Assembly (NCBI GenBank): GCA_963727895.1
Contig: CAVSHT010000005.1
Location: 96,001 to 160,000 of the forward strand
Length of the DNA: 64,000 nt
Direction: 5' to 3'
DNA from: an uncultured Methanosarcinaceae archaeon
GTDB taxonomy: Archaea > Halobacteriota > Methanosarcinia > Methanosarcinales > Methanosarcinaceae
Shown: positions 22,392 through 33,066 of the stretch, one piece after another
How the letters are laid out: each line of letters begins with the position of its first letter
How positions within the stretch are numbered: position 1 is the first letter of the stretch
The notes under the pieces: generated by a model
Databases searched by the model: none
The model's input: the letters and a program-made list of their open reading frames with translations, nothing else
Told to the model about the DNA's origin: nothing
Translations under genes and position numbers: made by a program

Positions 22392-24080
22392 TTAATCTTC
22401 GTAGGCGGGGAGGGTTATAACGCCTATTTCCTGGAGTGGCGAGCCTACAGCAAAATGATAGAGATCCTGAAACTCAATTCCTTTGAGCCCTATTGTATCA
22501 TGTAAAGGGTCATCGAAGAAACACCCAATTCCACAGCCTCTGAGGCCGTTTGCTTCAGCTTCAAGGTAAAGAAGTTGCCCCAAAATTCCACATTCCCAGA
22601 AAAGGTATGGATATATCCAGGTGCCGAATTTGTTAAGAGACTCTTCGAATTCAGAAAGCATGCAGGCAGTAAAACAGGCATCTGCGGCTTTTCGCTGGGA
22701 ACAGGAAAGCTGGGCTGCAAAATCATCAAGGTTTTCTTCCATGAGTAGATACAACTCAAGGTTTGAAGGACAATCTTTTGGTTTTTCCCATAAAAAATCA
22801 GGCCTTATTGCAGCTTTAAACCTTTCTTTTATTTCAGTTTTGCGAAGGAAAATATAAAGTCCTGGAAGAAGATCCTTTACTCGATTTACAAAAAGAAGCA
22901 GATGACTAAAGGAACCAAAAGCAAGGGAATTAAAGATAGGATTATTTTGTGGCAGAGTTCTTTGAAGCATCGAATAGAAAGCTTCTTTTTCCATATATAC
23001 GCTGTTATTCATCTCGATAGCGCTTCTTCTTCCACGAATAACGCTGCGCAAAGAAACAGTTTCAAGATCTGATGGTTTCCTGAAACTTTCAGTTTTTAGT
23101 GATGAAACAGCCTGCATATCGGCTGTTGATTCATCTTTTATCTCCAGATAATTTGTTTCCTTTTTTTGAGTTGCCGAGGCAGCTTTTTCTATACCAACCC
23201 ATTCAACATGTCTGGAGCTTAAATTCTCAGGAATGCTTTCCCAGGAAAGATGTTTAAAAGCAGAAATTACACTGGAAGAAATCCTTCCTTTTATACAGTT
23301 TTTTCTTGCTGGATAGACCGCAAGCAGACAGGCAGGTTCCTGTTTTTCAGGGTTTTTCTCTCCAGATATGCCAAGGAGAGTTGCAATTTCTTCTGAACTC
23401 ATGTCCCCAAGAAGACTTATTTTCCAGCCGAGTTCGGCAGCAGCAAAAGTCAAAGCAGCAGTTGCATGTCCTATATCATGTTGTGCATATCTAAAGGCTC
23501 TAAGCCCATATTTCCAGGAAACCCGCCAGTAAATTGAGGTCATACCTACAAAAAAAGTGCCTTCAGGAAATCCAGAACTTAACAGTTCCCAGGTCTTAGG
23601 GGTAAATTCGGCTCTAACTTCAAGAGCATGAGGCAAAGGAGCATAATGGCAGACCGAAGGATTTTTCAGCAATCCTTTTACATGATCGGAAATAAGGTAA
23701 ACCTCTGTAGGATGAAGGTTTCCACTTGAGGGATTAACACGAAGAGGCCATTTTGCACCATTTGCTTTTTTCCAGGCAGAAATGGAAAAGCTGTCAAAAA
23801 AGAGCCTGGAAATAGATTTCACGTTTACCTCAGAAGGCTTAAGATTTTCCGGTGAAAAAGCCTGTTCATAAGTAGGGAAAATCTCAGATTTTATCTGTTC
23901 ATTATTCCATAAATCCAGATTCAAGAGTCGAGTCCCGCGGTAATTAAGAAATAGATCTGGCTTGATTGCCATATCCAGATGATGGGGACCAGGAGCATAA
24001 GCTTTGAAGTTATGTTTGCTTGCCTGGTGATAAGCCAATATGGATTCAAGTTCTGCTGTCATAATAAACACTCCCTGCAA
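22392..24080 (-). CDS. SagB/ThcOx-family tandem nitroreductase-domain protein
   Basis: LRVNPSSGNLHPTEVY, WKYGLRAFRY, IRGRRSA and GIGCFFDD motifs. Confidence 0.88.
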   Translation of the reverse strand: MQGVFIMTAELESILAYHQASKHNFKAYAPGPHHLDMAIKPDLFLNYRGTRLLNLDLWNNEQIKSEIFPTYEQAFSPENLKPSEVNVKSISRLFFDSFSISAWKKANGAKWPLRVNPSSGNLHPTEVYLISDHVKGLLKNPSVCHYAPLPHALEVRAEFTPKTWELLSSGFPEGTFFVGMTSIYWRVSWKYGLRAFRYAQHDIGHATAALTFAAAELGWKISLLGDMSSEEIATLLGISGEKNPEKQEPACLLAVYPARKNCIKGRISSSVISAFKHLSWESIPENLSSRHVEWVGIEKAASATQKKETNYLEIKDESTADMQAVSSLKTESFRKPSDLETVSLRSVIRGRRSAIEMNNSVYMEKEAFYSMLQRTLPQNNPIFNSLAFGSFSHLLLFVNRVKDLLPGLYIFLRKTEIKERFKAAIRPDFLWEKPKDCPSNLELYLLMEENLDDFAAQLSCSQRKAADACFTACMLSEFEESLNKFGTWIYPYLFWECGILGQLLYLEAEANGLRGCGIGCFFDDPLHDTIGLKGIEFQDLYHFAVGSPLQEIGVITLPAYED

Positions 24081-24157
24081 CAGGATAGTTAAGAATTCTC
24101 AAATGGCTTTTAGCTAAAGGAAAAATGAGATTAAAACAAAATTAACTTTTAAAGGAA

Positions 24158-24700
24158 TTAAATTTTTTTCATGGCTTCAAGTACGGCTTTTCCAAAAGCT
24201 TCAGCACTTGCAGGGTCTCGCCCTGTGATCACATGGTCTGAAACCACTACCTCTCTATCCAGATAGACTACTCCATGTTCCTTAAGTTCGCGTACCGTAT
24301 CTGAACTCTTGAAGACTGTACTCTCTTTACCCTTCAAGATACCTGTTCTTGCCAGTACTACCGGAGAAATGCAGATTGCAGAAATAACCTTTTGTCGAGC
24401 ATCCGCTTTCTTAACGAGTTCATGCAACTCTTTATTATCCCAAAGATATTTTTTTGAGCCTGAACCGCCGGAAATTACTATTGCATCGTAATCGTCAATA
24501 TTAGCTTCTGAAATTGTAATATCAGGTTTTATTGTGCCTCCCAGCATTCCTTTTGCAATTTTCGTAGATTCAGCTGCTACAGTAACTTTTACTCCTGCGC
24601 TCTCAAAAAGCTGCTTTGGAACAAAACATTCCTCATCTCGGAACTGTTCCTGGGCGATTACAAGCAAGATTTTCTTGCCTTCATGTTCGATTTCTGTCAT
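24158..24700 (-). CDS. DJ-1/PfpI family protein
   Basis: FRDEE, YDAIVISGG, AICISPVVLA and VITGRDP motifs. Confidence 0.92.
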   Translation of the reverse strand: MTEIEHEGKKILLVIAQEQFRDEECFVPKQLFESAGVKVTVAAESTKIAKGMLGGTIKPDITISEANIDDYDAIVISGGSGSKKYLWDNKELHELVKKADARQKVISAICISPVVLARTGILKGKESTVFKSSDTVRELKEHGVVYLDREVVVSDHVITGRDPASAEAFGKAVLEAMKKI

Positions 24701-24869
24701 CTGACTACCTTCCTGTAATGCTTGAAATTAAAAAATGTAAGTAATGAGAAATGAAATGATTCAGTAACCCTGTTTCCTTAAGGATATATCCATAAAAATA
24801 TAAATGGATGCCTCTTTTAGAAAAGTAACGAGTCTGAATAATCGGTTTATAAAATGTATTCTACCCGAT

Positions 24870-26225
24870 TTAAGTTATAAGTAAATATAGAACTGCGGAA
24901 ATCCCAGCTCCTATAAATGTTGCCACGAAATTTACTCCGCTATTTGAGAGCAATCCTCTTTTCTGAAGAGTAGCCCCAAGGAAGCTATCTATATTTGTCC
25001 CAATAAAGCCTCCTGCTGTTGTAATAAGGACTGCTAATAATAGATTATCTGTGATCCCCAGTAAATAACCAAGAACTCCTATTACTGCAGAACCTAAGAT
25101 TGCAGCAAGTTCTCCAAGAATAGATACAGCTCCGTCGATCCCGGGTTCTGAGGGCTTCAGTGTTGTTATCATTATTGGCCTTCCTTTTGCCGTTGTTCCG
25201 ATTTCACTTGCCAGAGTATCTCCGGTAGCTGTTGCAACTGTGCCCATATAGGCATAGATAATAGGGAGACTGTGTTCAGGAAAAACTCCGTATGCTACTG
25301 CTAGAGCAAGAGCTGCCGTACTGTTAGAAAATACATTTTCGTAACTCCTAATGCCGTCTTTAGCCTGAGCAATTCCTATGGATTCTTTGTACGCATATTT
25401 GTATCTTGTAAACCCGCCTCCGAGAATAAAAAATGTTAATAGAAGCAGGAACCAGGAAAGCCCACTGAAAACAATAATCAGGACTCCTAGAAGAGCTGCA
25501 CTCAGAAGGGCAGAAACGTCTGCAATCTTTGCTCTGTAAGCCAGAACGCCAAGGAAAAACGAGAAGACCAGTGCTAAAATCATTTTTTCGGGAGGTACCC
25601 AGTACCTGACCTTTTCAAAAATCCACATTGTCATTCCTGCACCTAGAGATACAGAAATGTTCTTATCTATTTCGGAAGGAATTGATTCAAAAAGAGAACC
25701 TGTAACCGCCCCGATAACGGCTATGAAGAAAACAAGATTATATGAAACCGGAAGTTGCTGCCAGTAAACAATCCAGCTTGCAGCAAAGAATGCAGCAATA
25801 ATTCTAATTCCCAGAAAAGCTGAACTCCAGATTATGGAAAAACTTCTTTTTTTAATTCTGCTGCGTCTTGAGTTAAAACCAAGTACATCATCTGTTTCGG
25901 AAAAAGAGGTCTTATGGTTTCCTACTGCTGCAACCGCAAAAGCAGCAAGCACTATGTAAAAAGGATAAATGTAAGAAGAGACTCCTGAGATTATAGAAAC
26001 AAAGAGCATGAGAGAAAGAGATAAAATAAGGCCAAGAAAATCTCTGTTGCAGGAATAAGAACTTTTTGAAAATCTAAAAGCTATAAAAATTATTAGGGAG
26101 AGTAAAAAAAGGAAATGTACCCCTGCAAAAGGAGCTATAATAATGAGCAGGAAATAAAGGATATGCATTACAGGAATCTCTCGGCAGGAATTTCCTTTTC
26201 TGAAATATTGGGCAGCTCTGTTCAT
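24870..26225 (-). CDS. DUF92 (TIGR00297) membrane protein
   Basis: RSYENVFSN, ATGDTLASEIG, GIDGAVS and TNIDSFLGATLQ motifs. Confidence 0.88.
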   Translation of the reverse strand: MNRAAQYFRKGNSCREIPVMHILYFLLIIIAPFAGVHFLFLLSLIIFIAFRFSKSSYSCNRDFLGLILSLSLMLFVSIISGVSSYIYPFYIVLAAFAVAAVGNHKTSFSETDDVLGFNSRRSRIKKRSFSIIWSSAFLGIRIIAAFFAASWIVYWQQLPVSYNLVFFIAVIGAVTGSLFESIPSEIDKNISVSLGAGMTMWIFEKVRYWVPPEKMILALVFSFFLGVLAYRAKIADVSALLSAALLGVLIIVFSGLSWFLLLLTFFILGGGFTRYKYAYKESIGIAQAKDGIRSYENVFSNSTAALALAVAYGVFPEHSLPIIYAYMGTVATATGDTLASEIGTTAKGRPIMITTLKPSEPGIDGAVSILGELAAILGSAVIGVLGYLLGITDNLLLAVLITTAGGFIGTNIDSFLGATLQKRGLLSNSGVNFVATFIGAGISAVLYLLIT

Positions 26226-26455
26226 TATAAGACATCTTTTGTTTTTAATCTTTGTGAAAATTTATATAAAGGGACTTATCTTTATAAATAAATAGTTGTT
26301 TTTGTTTCAGGAATTATTTAAAAACACGATTAAAATTTGAAAATATCTTCTTGACAGTTGCGGTAGCTAAGATTTACGTAAGCTCTTTAGATATTGTCCA
26401 ATAAATAAAATAACTTTTGCTTCATATTTTATTTTTAGAATTAAATAAAAAATTA

Positions 26456-26520
26456 TACATTTAGAAGTTTCTACATTTAGAAGTTTCTACATTTAGAAGT
26501 TTCTACATTTTAGAAGGTTT
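26456..26520. repeat. 16-bp tandem repeat (TACATTTAGAAGTTTC), ~4 copies
   Basis: Units at 26456, 26472, 26488 and 26504 (last one variant), in a divergent intergenic region. Confidence 0.9.
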
Positions 26521-26688
26521 TCAGATATTATTTATTTTCGGAATTTTGAGAACTTTTATGTTAACTTGTTCTGCAAATCTTACAGTGCCAAACCTGAAAA
26601 AATTGTGATCAATAAGTATAACCAGCAATAAATTAGTATTATTATAACTGGAGAGGTTGCAAACCACAATTATTGGTGAGGAAAAAGT

Positions 26689-28119
26689 ATGGAAAGCTAT
26701 GACCTTATAGTAGTAGGTACGGGTTCTGCAATGAATTACATAAATTCTATCATTGATTCAAACCCTAAAATGAAAATTGCTGTTATTGACAAAGATGAAC
26801 CAGGCGGAATCTGCCTTACCAGGGGATGTATCCCTTCAAAAATCCTGCTGTATCCTGCTGAACTGATTAGAGAGCTGGAAACTGCATCTACTTTTGGAAT
26901 TAAGCTTGAAATACAGGGTATTGATTTCCTTGCAATTATGGAAAGGATGCGCAGGAAAATAGGAGAAGACATCGAATCAATAAAAAAGGGATTGACCGAA
27001 AATCCGTATATTGATTATTACCATGAAACTGCAGAGTTCATCTCCCCTTATACTTTAAAAGCAGGTGAAAAAACCCTCCACTCCGAAATGATATTCCTCT
27101 GTACCGGCTCAAAACCTGCAATTCCTCCAATTAAAGGCCTTGAAGAAACAGGATACCTTACAAGTGATACTGTGCTTAAGCTTACGGAATGTCCAAAAAA
27201 GTTAGCCATTCTGGGAGGCAGTTACATTGCAGCTGAATACGGAAACTTTTTCTCGGCTATGGGATCAGAGGTCACGGTTATTGGAAGAAATTCTCAATTT
27301 CTTCCACAGGAAGAGCCTGAAATTTCCAAACTTGCCATGATGAAGATGTCGGAATACATGCAGGTTATTACAAACCATGAAGCCATAGAGGTTAGAAAGG
27401 AAGATAACGGACAGAAAATCGTAGTGGCAAAGGAAAAAGACTCAGGAAAAGAGATAAAAATCACTGCAGATGAAATCCTCGTGGCAACAGGAAGATCTCC
27501 AAATACCGATATTCTTCATCCCGAAAGAGCCGGAATCAAAACAGATGCTCAAGGATGGATTCAGGTGAATGAGTACCTTGAGACTTCACAGCCAAATATC
27601 TGGGCGTTTGGGGATGCAAATGGAAAATATCTATTAAAACATGTAGGGAATTACGAGTCTGGAATAGTTTACCTCAATTCGATTCTGAACGAAAAAACAA
27701 AAGCAGACTATCACGCTGTACCGCATGCCGTTTTTTCATATCCTGAAATTGCCGGGGTAGGTATGAAGGAACAGGAAGCCGTGGAAAAGTATGGAGAGGA
27801 GAGAATTCTCATAGGTCTCAAGTTTTTTGAAGATACTGCAAAAGGGTCGGCTATGGAAATAAGGGATTATTTTGTAAAGGTAATCCTGGATGCGGAAGAA
27901 GAAAAAATTCTGGGAGCTCATATAATAGGCCCACATGCTTCAGTTTTGATCCACCAGATAATTCCTCTTATGTATACAGAATCAAAAAGTTCTGAACCAA
28001 TTATGCGGGGTATGGATATTCACCCTTCTCTTAGTGAGGTTGTAACCAGAGCCTTTTATTCTCGGTTTTCTCATGAGCAGTATCATCATTTCCTTAAACA
28101 TATCGGGCTTGAGAACTGA
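26689..28119 (+). CDS. lpdA: Dihydrolipoamide dehydrogenase-family flavoprotein
   Basis: GGICLTRGCIPSK redox disulfide, ATGRSPN, WAFGD and HPSLSE motifs. Confidence 0.85.
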   Translation: MESYDLIVVGTGSAMNYINSIIDSNPKMKIAVIDKDEPGGICLTRGCIPSKILLYPAELIRELETASTFGIKLEIQGIDFLAIMERMRRKIGEDIESIKKGLTENPYIDYYHETAEFISPYTLKAGEKTLHSEMIFLCTGSKPAIPPIKGLEETGYLTSDTVLKLTECPKKLAILGGSYIAAEYGNFFSAMGSEVTVIGRNSQFLPQEEPEISKLAMMKMSEYMQVITNHEAIEVRKEDNGQKIVVAKEKDSGKEIKITADEILVATGRSPNTDILHPERAGIKTDAQGWIQVNEYLETSQPNIWAFGDANGKYLLKHVGNYESGIVYLNSILNEKTKADYHAVPHAVFSYPEIAGVGMKEQEAVEKYGEERILIGLKFFEDTAKGSAMEIRDYFVKVILDAEEEKILGAHIIGPHASVLIHQIIPLMYTESKSSEPIMRGMDIHPSLSEVVTRAFYSRFSHEQYHHFLKHIGLEN

Positions 28120-28140
28120 AAATACGCAAGAGTGATATTA

Positions 28141-28596
28141 ATGAACAGCACGAATGTGATAGTTAGATAAGCAATGGAATTTGGTACGAAAGCACATGCT
28201 GAACAGCTTGATGATGCTGGAAACGATTATTTTAAGGTCCATTGCTGCCAGGTTTATAAAATTGTTAAAATACTTTACCCTGATGACTTTGAATTGCAAG
28301 CTGCTGCCCTTCTTCACGATACCTTAGAATATACTGACACTACATATGAAAAATTAGTAACCACATTTGGTGCAGATATTGCTGGCCTCATTCTAGAGGT
28401 CACGCATGAAAGAAAAGAAGATAATAAAGGATGGTATTTTCCCAATCTGCACTCTATACGCGAAATTGTTTTAAAATTCGCTGATCGCGCCTCTAATTTA
28501 TCCCGAACGGAAGGTGTGTGGGATGCCGAAATGATTGAAAAATACATAAAAAAGTCAAAATTTTGGCAATCCGAAGACATAAATCAGAAGATATAA
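28141..28596 (+). pseudogene. Stand-alone RelA/SpoT-type HD hydrolase (Mesh1-like), probably inactivated
   Basis: ATG 28141 after GAGTGA with an in-frame TAA at 28168. LLHDTLEY (ED replaced by EY) and KFADRASNL motifs. Confidence 0.65.
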
Positions 28597-29113
28597 AAAA
28601 GACATAACTAAGGAATAATAAAAATTAATTTCAAGTGTTTGTACTTCATATTGCCATTAATGATGTTTGAATAATACAAAATTATAGAGCCTTTACCTAA
28701 GTAAAAAACTGAAGTTATATTTCAACCATTCCTAAATGATTTTGTTTATGTATATTTTCTCTTTTCTCTTTTTCTAGGCTTTTTTTTGAATCATTTGAGT
28801 TGTCAACTTTGAAAAATTCTCTCGATAACAAATCTCATTAGTTTAACCCAATTGCTGGAATTTTTCTTATTAATTTTTAGAATCGCACAGTTGATTATTA
28901 CATATTTTTACAAAACTAAGTTTTCTGCTAACTATTTTTCGAAAAATCCCCGTTTTCCAAGAATTGGAATACTGCCGTCATGTATTTATGTTAACGTCGT
29001 TAAGTGGATATAGTTATAAAAATAAATTTATTCTAAAATATAATAAACGAGCGTTAACAATAAATAGGCTAGTAAAATTAGGCTAGTTAAAAAAAGGAAA
29101 TCGCTGAGAAAAT

Positions 29114-29602
29114 ATGAAGATAAATAAACAATCATTGATAGTCACACTCCTTCTGACTACATTAATAGCATTCATACCCCTTGGATTAGCAGCTCCTGTC
29201 GGAACATCAGAAAATGCAACAGTAAACGTTACAAAAAGCTGGCTTGGAGTTAAATTTGAACATGGCGGCAATAATACATCAGCCATCGACTGTTCTCATT
29301 TAGTATATCAAGTATACAGTACGGTAGGTGCTAAAGATATATACTTCCTGAGAGTGCCTTATATGAAAAACAATTCGTATTATGTCAACACAACCGATCC
29401 TGCTCTAGGTGATGTGATCTTCTGGCAGAAGGATGTTACTCAAAACAATAAAACGTACGAGCTTGCCACTCATGTAGGAATATACATAGGAAACAATCAG
29501 TTTATAGACCCATCTTTTATTACAAAAAATGTAACCACAGAAAATATCACTGGTATTTATAAAGAAGGAATGCCATACTTTGCAAGATGGTCTCATAACT
29601 AA
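29114..29602 (+). CDS. Secreted NlpC/P60-family cysteine hydrolase
   Basis: Signal peptide, then IDCSHLVYQVY, GDVIFW and THVGIYIGNNQFI. Confidence 0.88.
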   Translation: MKINKQSLIVTLLLTTLIAFIPLGLAAPVGTSENATVNVTKSWLGVKFEHGGNNTSAIDCSHLVYQVYSTVGAKDIYFLRVPYMKNNSYYVNTTDPALGDVIFWQKDVTQNNKTYELATHVGIYIGNNQFIDPSFITKNVTTENITGIYKEGMPYFARWSHN

Positions 29603-29742
29603 GAGGCATCAGTGAAGATATTTTATGGAATAACTAGTATAAGAGATCTAAAAAGATCTCCTGTTTTCAGTTTTAACTTTTTTCAGAATTAAGTTATATG
29701 TGCAACCAATGCAAAGCCGCAAACCGTAGCTTTACCCAAAAT

Positions 29743-30117
29743 TCAGTACTCATGTTCTTCTTCACAAAAAGACTGATCAATCTGCTCTCTTTTGAACCTG
29801 ATATAAGTCTCATTTATGGATTCCAGACATTTTGTGCAGACATCGACTTCTCTTTTTATTATTCCTTCTGAGAAATCGGGAACTTGAAGTTTCACAGGGT
29901 AAACTCTGTTCTTTGTTCCACATAAAAAACATTTGTTATTCCTAAATGAGATTTCGTCTTTTTCAATACTTAGATATGATTTCTGGGCGGAATCGAGGCA
30001 GGTTCCACAGAGTCCTTTCCAAACACCCTCAGGATAAGCAAACTTAAGGAGAGGACGGAAAATCCGGACAGGAATAACGACTGGGATTCCTTTTCCACAA
30101 AGATCACAATCTTTCAT
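29743..30117 (-). CDS. fpoO: F420H2 dehydrogenase subunit O
   Basis: DCDLCG...YPEGVWKGLCGTC. Last gene of the fpo operon. Confidence 0.9.
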   Translation of the reverse strand: MKDCDLCGKGIPVVIPVRIFRPLLKFAYPEGVWKGLCGTCLDSAQKSYLSIEKDEISFRNNKCFLCGTKNRVYPVKLQVPDFSEGIIKREVDVCTKCLESINETYIRFKREQIDQSFCEEEHEY

Positions 30118-30130
30118 TTCTCATAGCTCC

Positions 30131-31576
30131 TTAAATCAGTATCTTTGCTGCTTCCATTGCCCACTGCAAGAAAGGTTCAGGCCATATGCCCATAGCTAAC
30201 ACGCCTGCCGCTGCAAACAAAAGAGCTGCTGTATATGGGAAAGGCAAACCGATCTTTTTGCCTTCAGGGGGAAGAAAGTACATGTATCTTACAAGCCGTG
30301 CATAATAAAACAGTGAAAGAGCACTGTTCAGGATTGCAATTACTTCAAGCCATACTATTCCTGATTGAATAGCCGAAGAGAAAAGAACGAATTTGACCAT
30401 AAAACCGGCAGTTGGGGGAATTCCTGCAAGGGCAAAGACGAAAATCATCATCGTAAAAGCAACCAATGACATTCTCTTACCAAGACCTTTGAAACTGTCA
30501 AGATGGTCTGGAACATCCAGATTTCCTGTTTTTTGAGTGGTCATCATCCAGACAACTGCCCCGGCTGCGATAAAAGCTCCTCCCTTCATGAAAGCATGGG
30601 CGAGAGTATAAAAGATTCCACCTGTAAAAGCTACCGGGGTCATTACCACAAAAGCCATTGCAATATATCCTGCTTGAGCCAGATAAGAGTAAGCAAGCAT
30701 GCGTTTTACACTGGTATGAGACACTGCAACCACATTTTCTAAGGTCATGGTTACAACTGTCAGGATAGTAAAAGCGAGCTGCCAGTCAGGTTGAAGGACT
30801 GCAAGTGCTAATATAAAAACCCTGAATGCTGCCACAAAACTCATCTTCTTTGATCCGGCTGCAAGCAGGGAAGATACAACTGAAGGAGACCCCTGATAAG
30901 CATCCGGAGTCCACATATGGAAAGGCACAAGAGCCATTTTAAAGCCAAATCCTGCAATTAATAGCACGACGGCTACAAGCCCAATCGGATTTTCTGCCAG
31001 GAGTGAGGCTTTTTCAGCAATCATAGGAATGCTTGTAGTACCTGTTGCTCCGTAGATAAAAGAGATGCCAAAAAGCATAATCGCTGAAGAAACAGCACCT
31101 ATAACAAAGTACTTCATAGCTCCTTCAAGGGATCCGAGATTCTGTTTTTCAAAGCCTGCAAGAGCATAAGTATCAAAACTTGCCAGTTCAAAGGCACAGA
31201 AGAGCAGGATAAAGTCGTTTGAGGATGCAACAACCATCATCCCAAAGGTTGCAAAAAGTACCAGAGAATAGAACTCTTCTGTATGGTCGCTGTTTTCATT
31301 ATATTTGATTGAAGCAACTGACACGATAAGTGCAACTACCAGAAAAACCAATTTAAAAAACTGAGAAAGAGCGTCGATGCTGACAGTACCAGAAAACATT
31401 ATAGCTTCGGTCCTGAAACTATGCACCGTAAGGAACAGGGCTGTAAGGACGCCCACAGTTGCCAGATAGCCCAGTGCATTTTTAGATCGCGAAGACAGGA
31501 AAACCCCTATAAGCAGTATAATCAAACCGGTTACAACCACTACAATTTCGGGTGCAAGAGACATTAATTCATCCAT
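30131..31576 (-). CDS. fpoN: F420H2 dehydrogenase subunit N (open, with suspicious missense changes)
   Basis: EGAMKYF, GFKMALVPFHMW and KRMLAYS motifs. Non-conservative changes: ASFDTY, MTLENV, AYSYLA. Confidence 0.9.
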   Translation of the reverse strand: MDELMSLAPEIVVVVTGLIILLIGVFLSSRSKNALGYLATVGVLTALFLTVHSFRTEAIMFSGTVSIDALSQFFKLVFLVVALIVSVASIKYNENSDHTEEFYSLVLFATFGMMVVASSNDFILLFCAFELASFDTYALAGFEKQNLGSLEGAMKYFVIGAVSSAIMLFGISFIYGATGTTSIPMIAEKASLLAENPIGLVAVVLLIAGFGFKMALVPFHMWTPDAYQGSPSVVSSLLAAGSKKMSFVAAFRVFILALAVLQPDWQLAFTILTVVTMTLENVVAVSHTSVKRMLAYSYLAQAGYIAMAFVVMTPVAFTGGIFYTLAHAFMKGGAFIAAGAVVWMMTTQKTGNLDVPDHLDSFKGLGKRMSLVAFTMMIFVFALAGIPPTAGFMVKFVLFSSAIQSGIVWLEVIAILNSALSLFYYARLVRYMYFLPPEGKKIGLPFPYTAALLFAAAGVLAMGIWPEPFLQWAMEAAKILI

Positions 31577-31578
31577 AT

Positions 31579-33066
31579 TTACACCCCCATAGTAGTTGCC
31601 AGGTTGACTATTGCTTCTGAACTGTTAATCATCATATTAAGCACCGGACTCGGGTTCAGGCCAAAATAAAGCACAAGAAGAGAAATAGCTCCCATCGAAA
31701 AGACCTGAAGAGAGTTTATGTCCCTGATATTCCCAAGTTTCTCATTGAAAACTCCGAACATTGCTCTTTGCATTGCCCATAGATAATAACCTGCAGTAAT
31801 CACTATTGCCAGCAAGGCAAGCAAAACAAATCCAGGCAGGTTGACATAGCTGAAGGTAAGAACCAGAAATTCGGCAATAAAGCCAGTTAAACCTGGAAGG
31901 CCAAGGGAAGCCATAAAGCCGATCATCATAATTACAGTCAGCATCGGCATCTTCTTTGCAAGCCCACCAAGGTTATTGATTATCCTTGTGCCTGCATTTT
32001 TCTGAATAACTCCTGAGGACATGAACAGAATGCTCATTATAAGTCCATGAGAAAACTGCTGGAACATAGCGCCTGAGACCGATAGAGCAACAAGGCCTGC
32101 CGAACCCAGTAAAATATATCCCATGTGGCTTAAACTGGAGTAAGCGATCATGCGCTTGAGGTCTTTCTGCCTTAGAGCTACAAGTGCTCCGTACAATATG
32201 CTGAAAGCTCCAAGCAAGCCCAGAATAGTAATCAGAAGTTGAGGATTACCAGTATTCGGGAGCATGGGACGTGAAATTCTGAAAAGCCCGTATCCTCCGA
32301 TTTTGAGCAGAATAAAGAGTACGCTACCTGCTGTTGGAGCTTCAGTATAAGCATCCGGAAGCCAGGAATGGAAAGGAAAAGTCGGCAGTTTTGTCAGGAA
32401 CCCAAAAATGATTGATAGGAAAATTGCATTTCTTAATGTGCCAGATCCTAAAAACTGAAACTGTCCAATCAGTTCTCTTATGTCAAAAGTAGGAACTCCT
32501 GTATGTTGTAAGGAGGCATAAAAGAGCCCGAAAATCCCAAGAAGCATTACCAGGGAGGCAATATGCGTGTAGATAAAGAATTTATAAAATGCATGGACCC
32601 GTTTTTCTCCCCCCAGATATTTACCATGAAGAAGAGAGGAATCAAAGTAAGCTCCCAGAAGATATAGAAGACCAGGAAATCAAGAGCTACAAAGACTCCT
32701 ATAACTGCAGCCTGCATAGTAAGGATAAGTCCGTAGAACCTGTTTGGAGAATCTCTGTCTTCTTTCCAGCTATAAATAATCATGAATGGGATAACTATTG
32801 CATTCAGCAGGATCAGGGGCATGGAAATTCCGTCAACTCCAACTGAATAATTGACTCCTAGTGAGGGAATCCATTTTATAGATTCCAAAAATTGCATGGA
32901 AGCCGTGCTGCTGTCAAAGTTCAGGTAGGTTATAAAGGGTAAGGCAAAGAGTTGCAAGGGACCCTAAAAAAGCCATGCTTGCAGCCTGTTCTTTGGTTTT
33001 TGTGAAAAAGGTCACTGCTGCGAAAATCAGCGGCACCAGAATCAACATTGATGCGACCGGCAGCAT
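31579..33066 (-). pseudogene. fpoM: F420H2 dehydrogenase subunit M, two frameshifts
   Basis: ATG 33066 MLPVASMLIL. Frameshifts at ~32955 and ~32610. FWELTL and PFHSWLPDAY motifs. Confidence 0.92.

Noticed and set aside
22392..24080. Azole-RiPP cluster around the SagB-like gene
   Set aside because: No YcaO, E1-like or precursor gene is present. The neighbours are generic stress and membrane genes.
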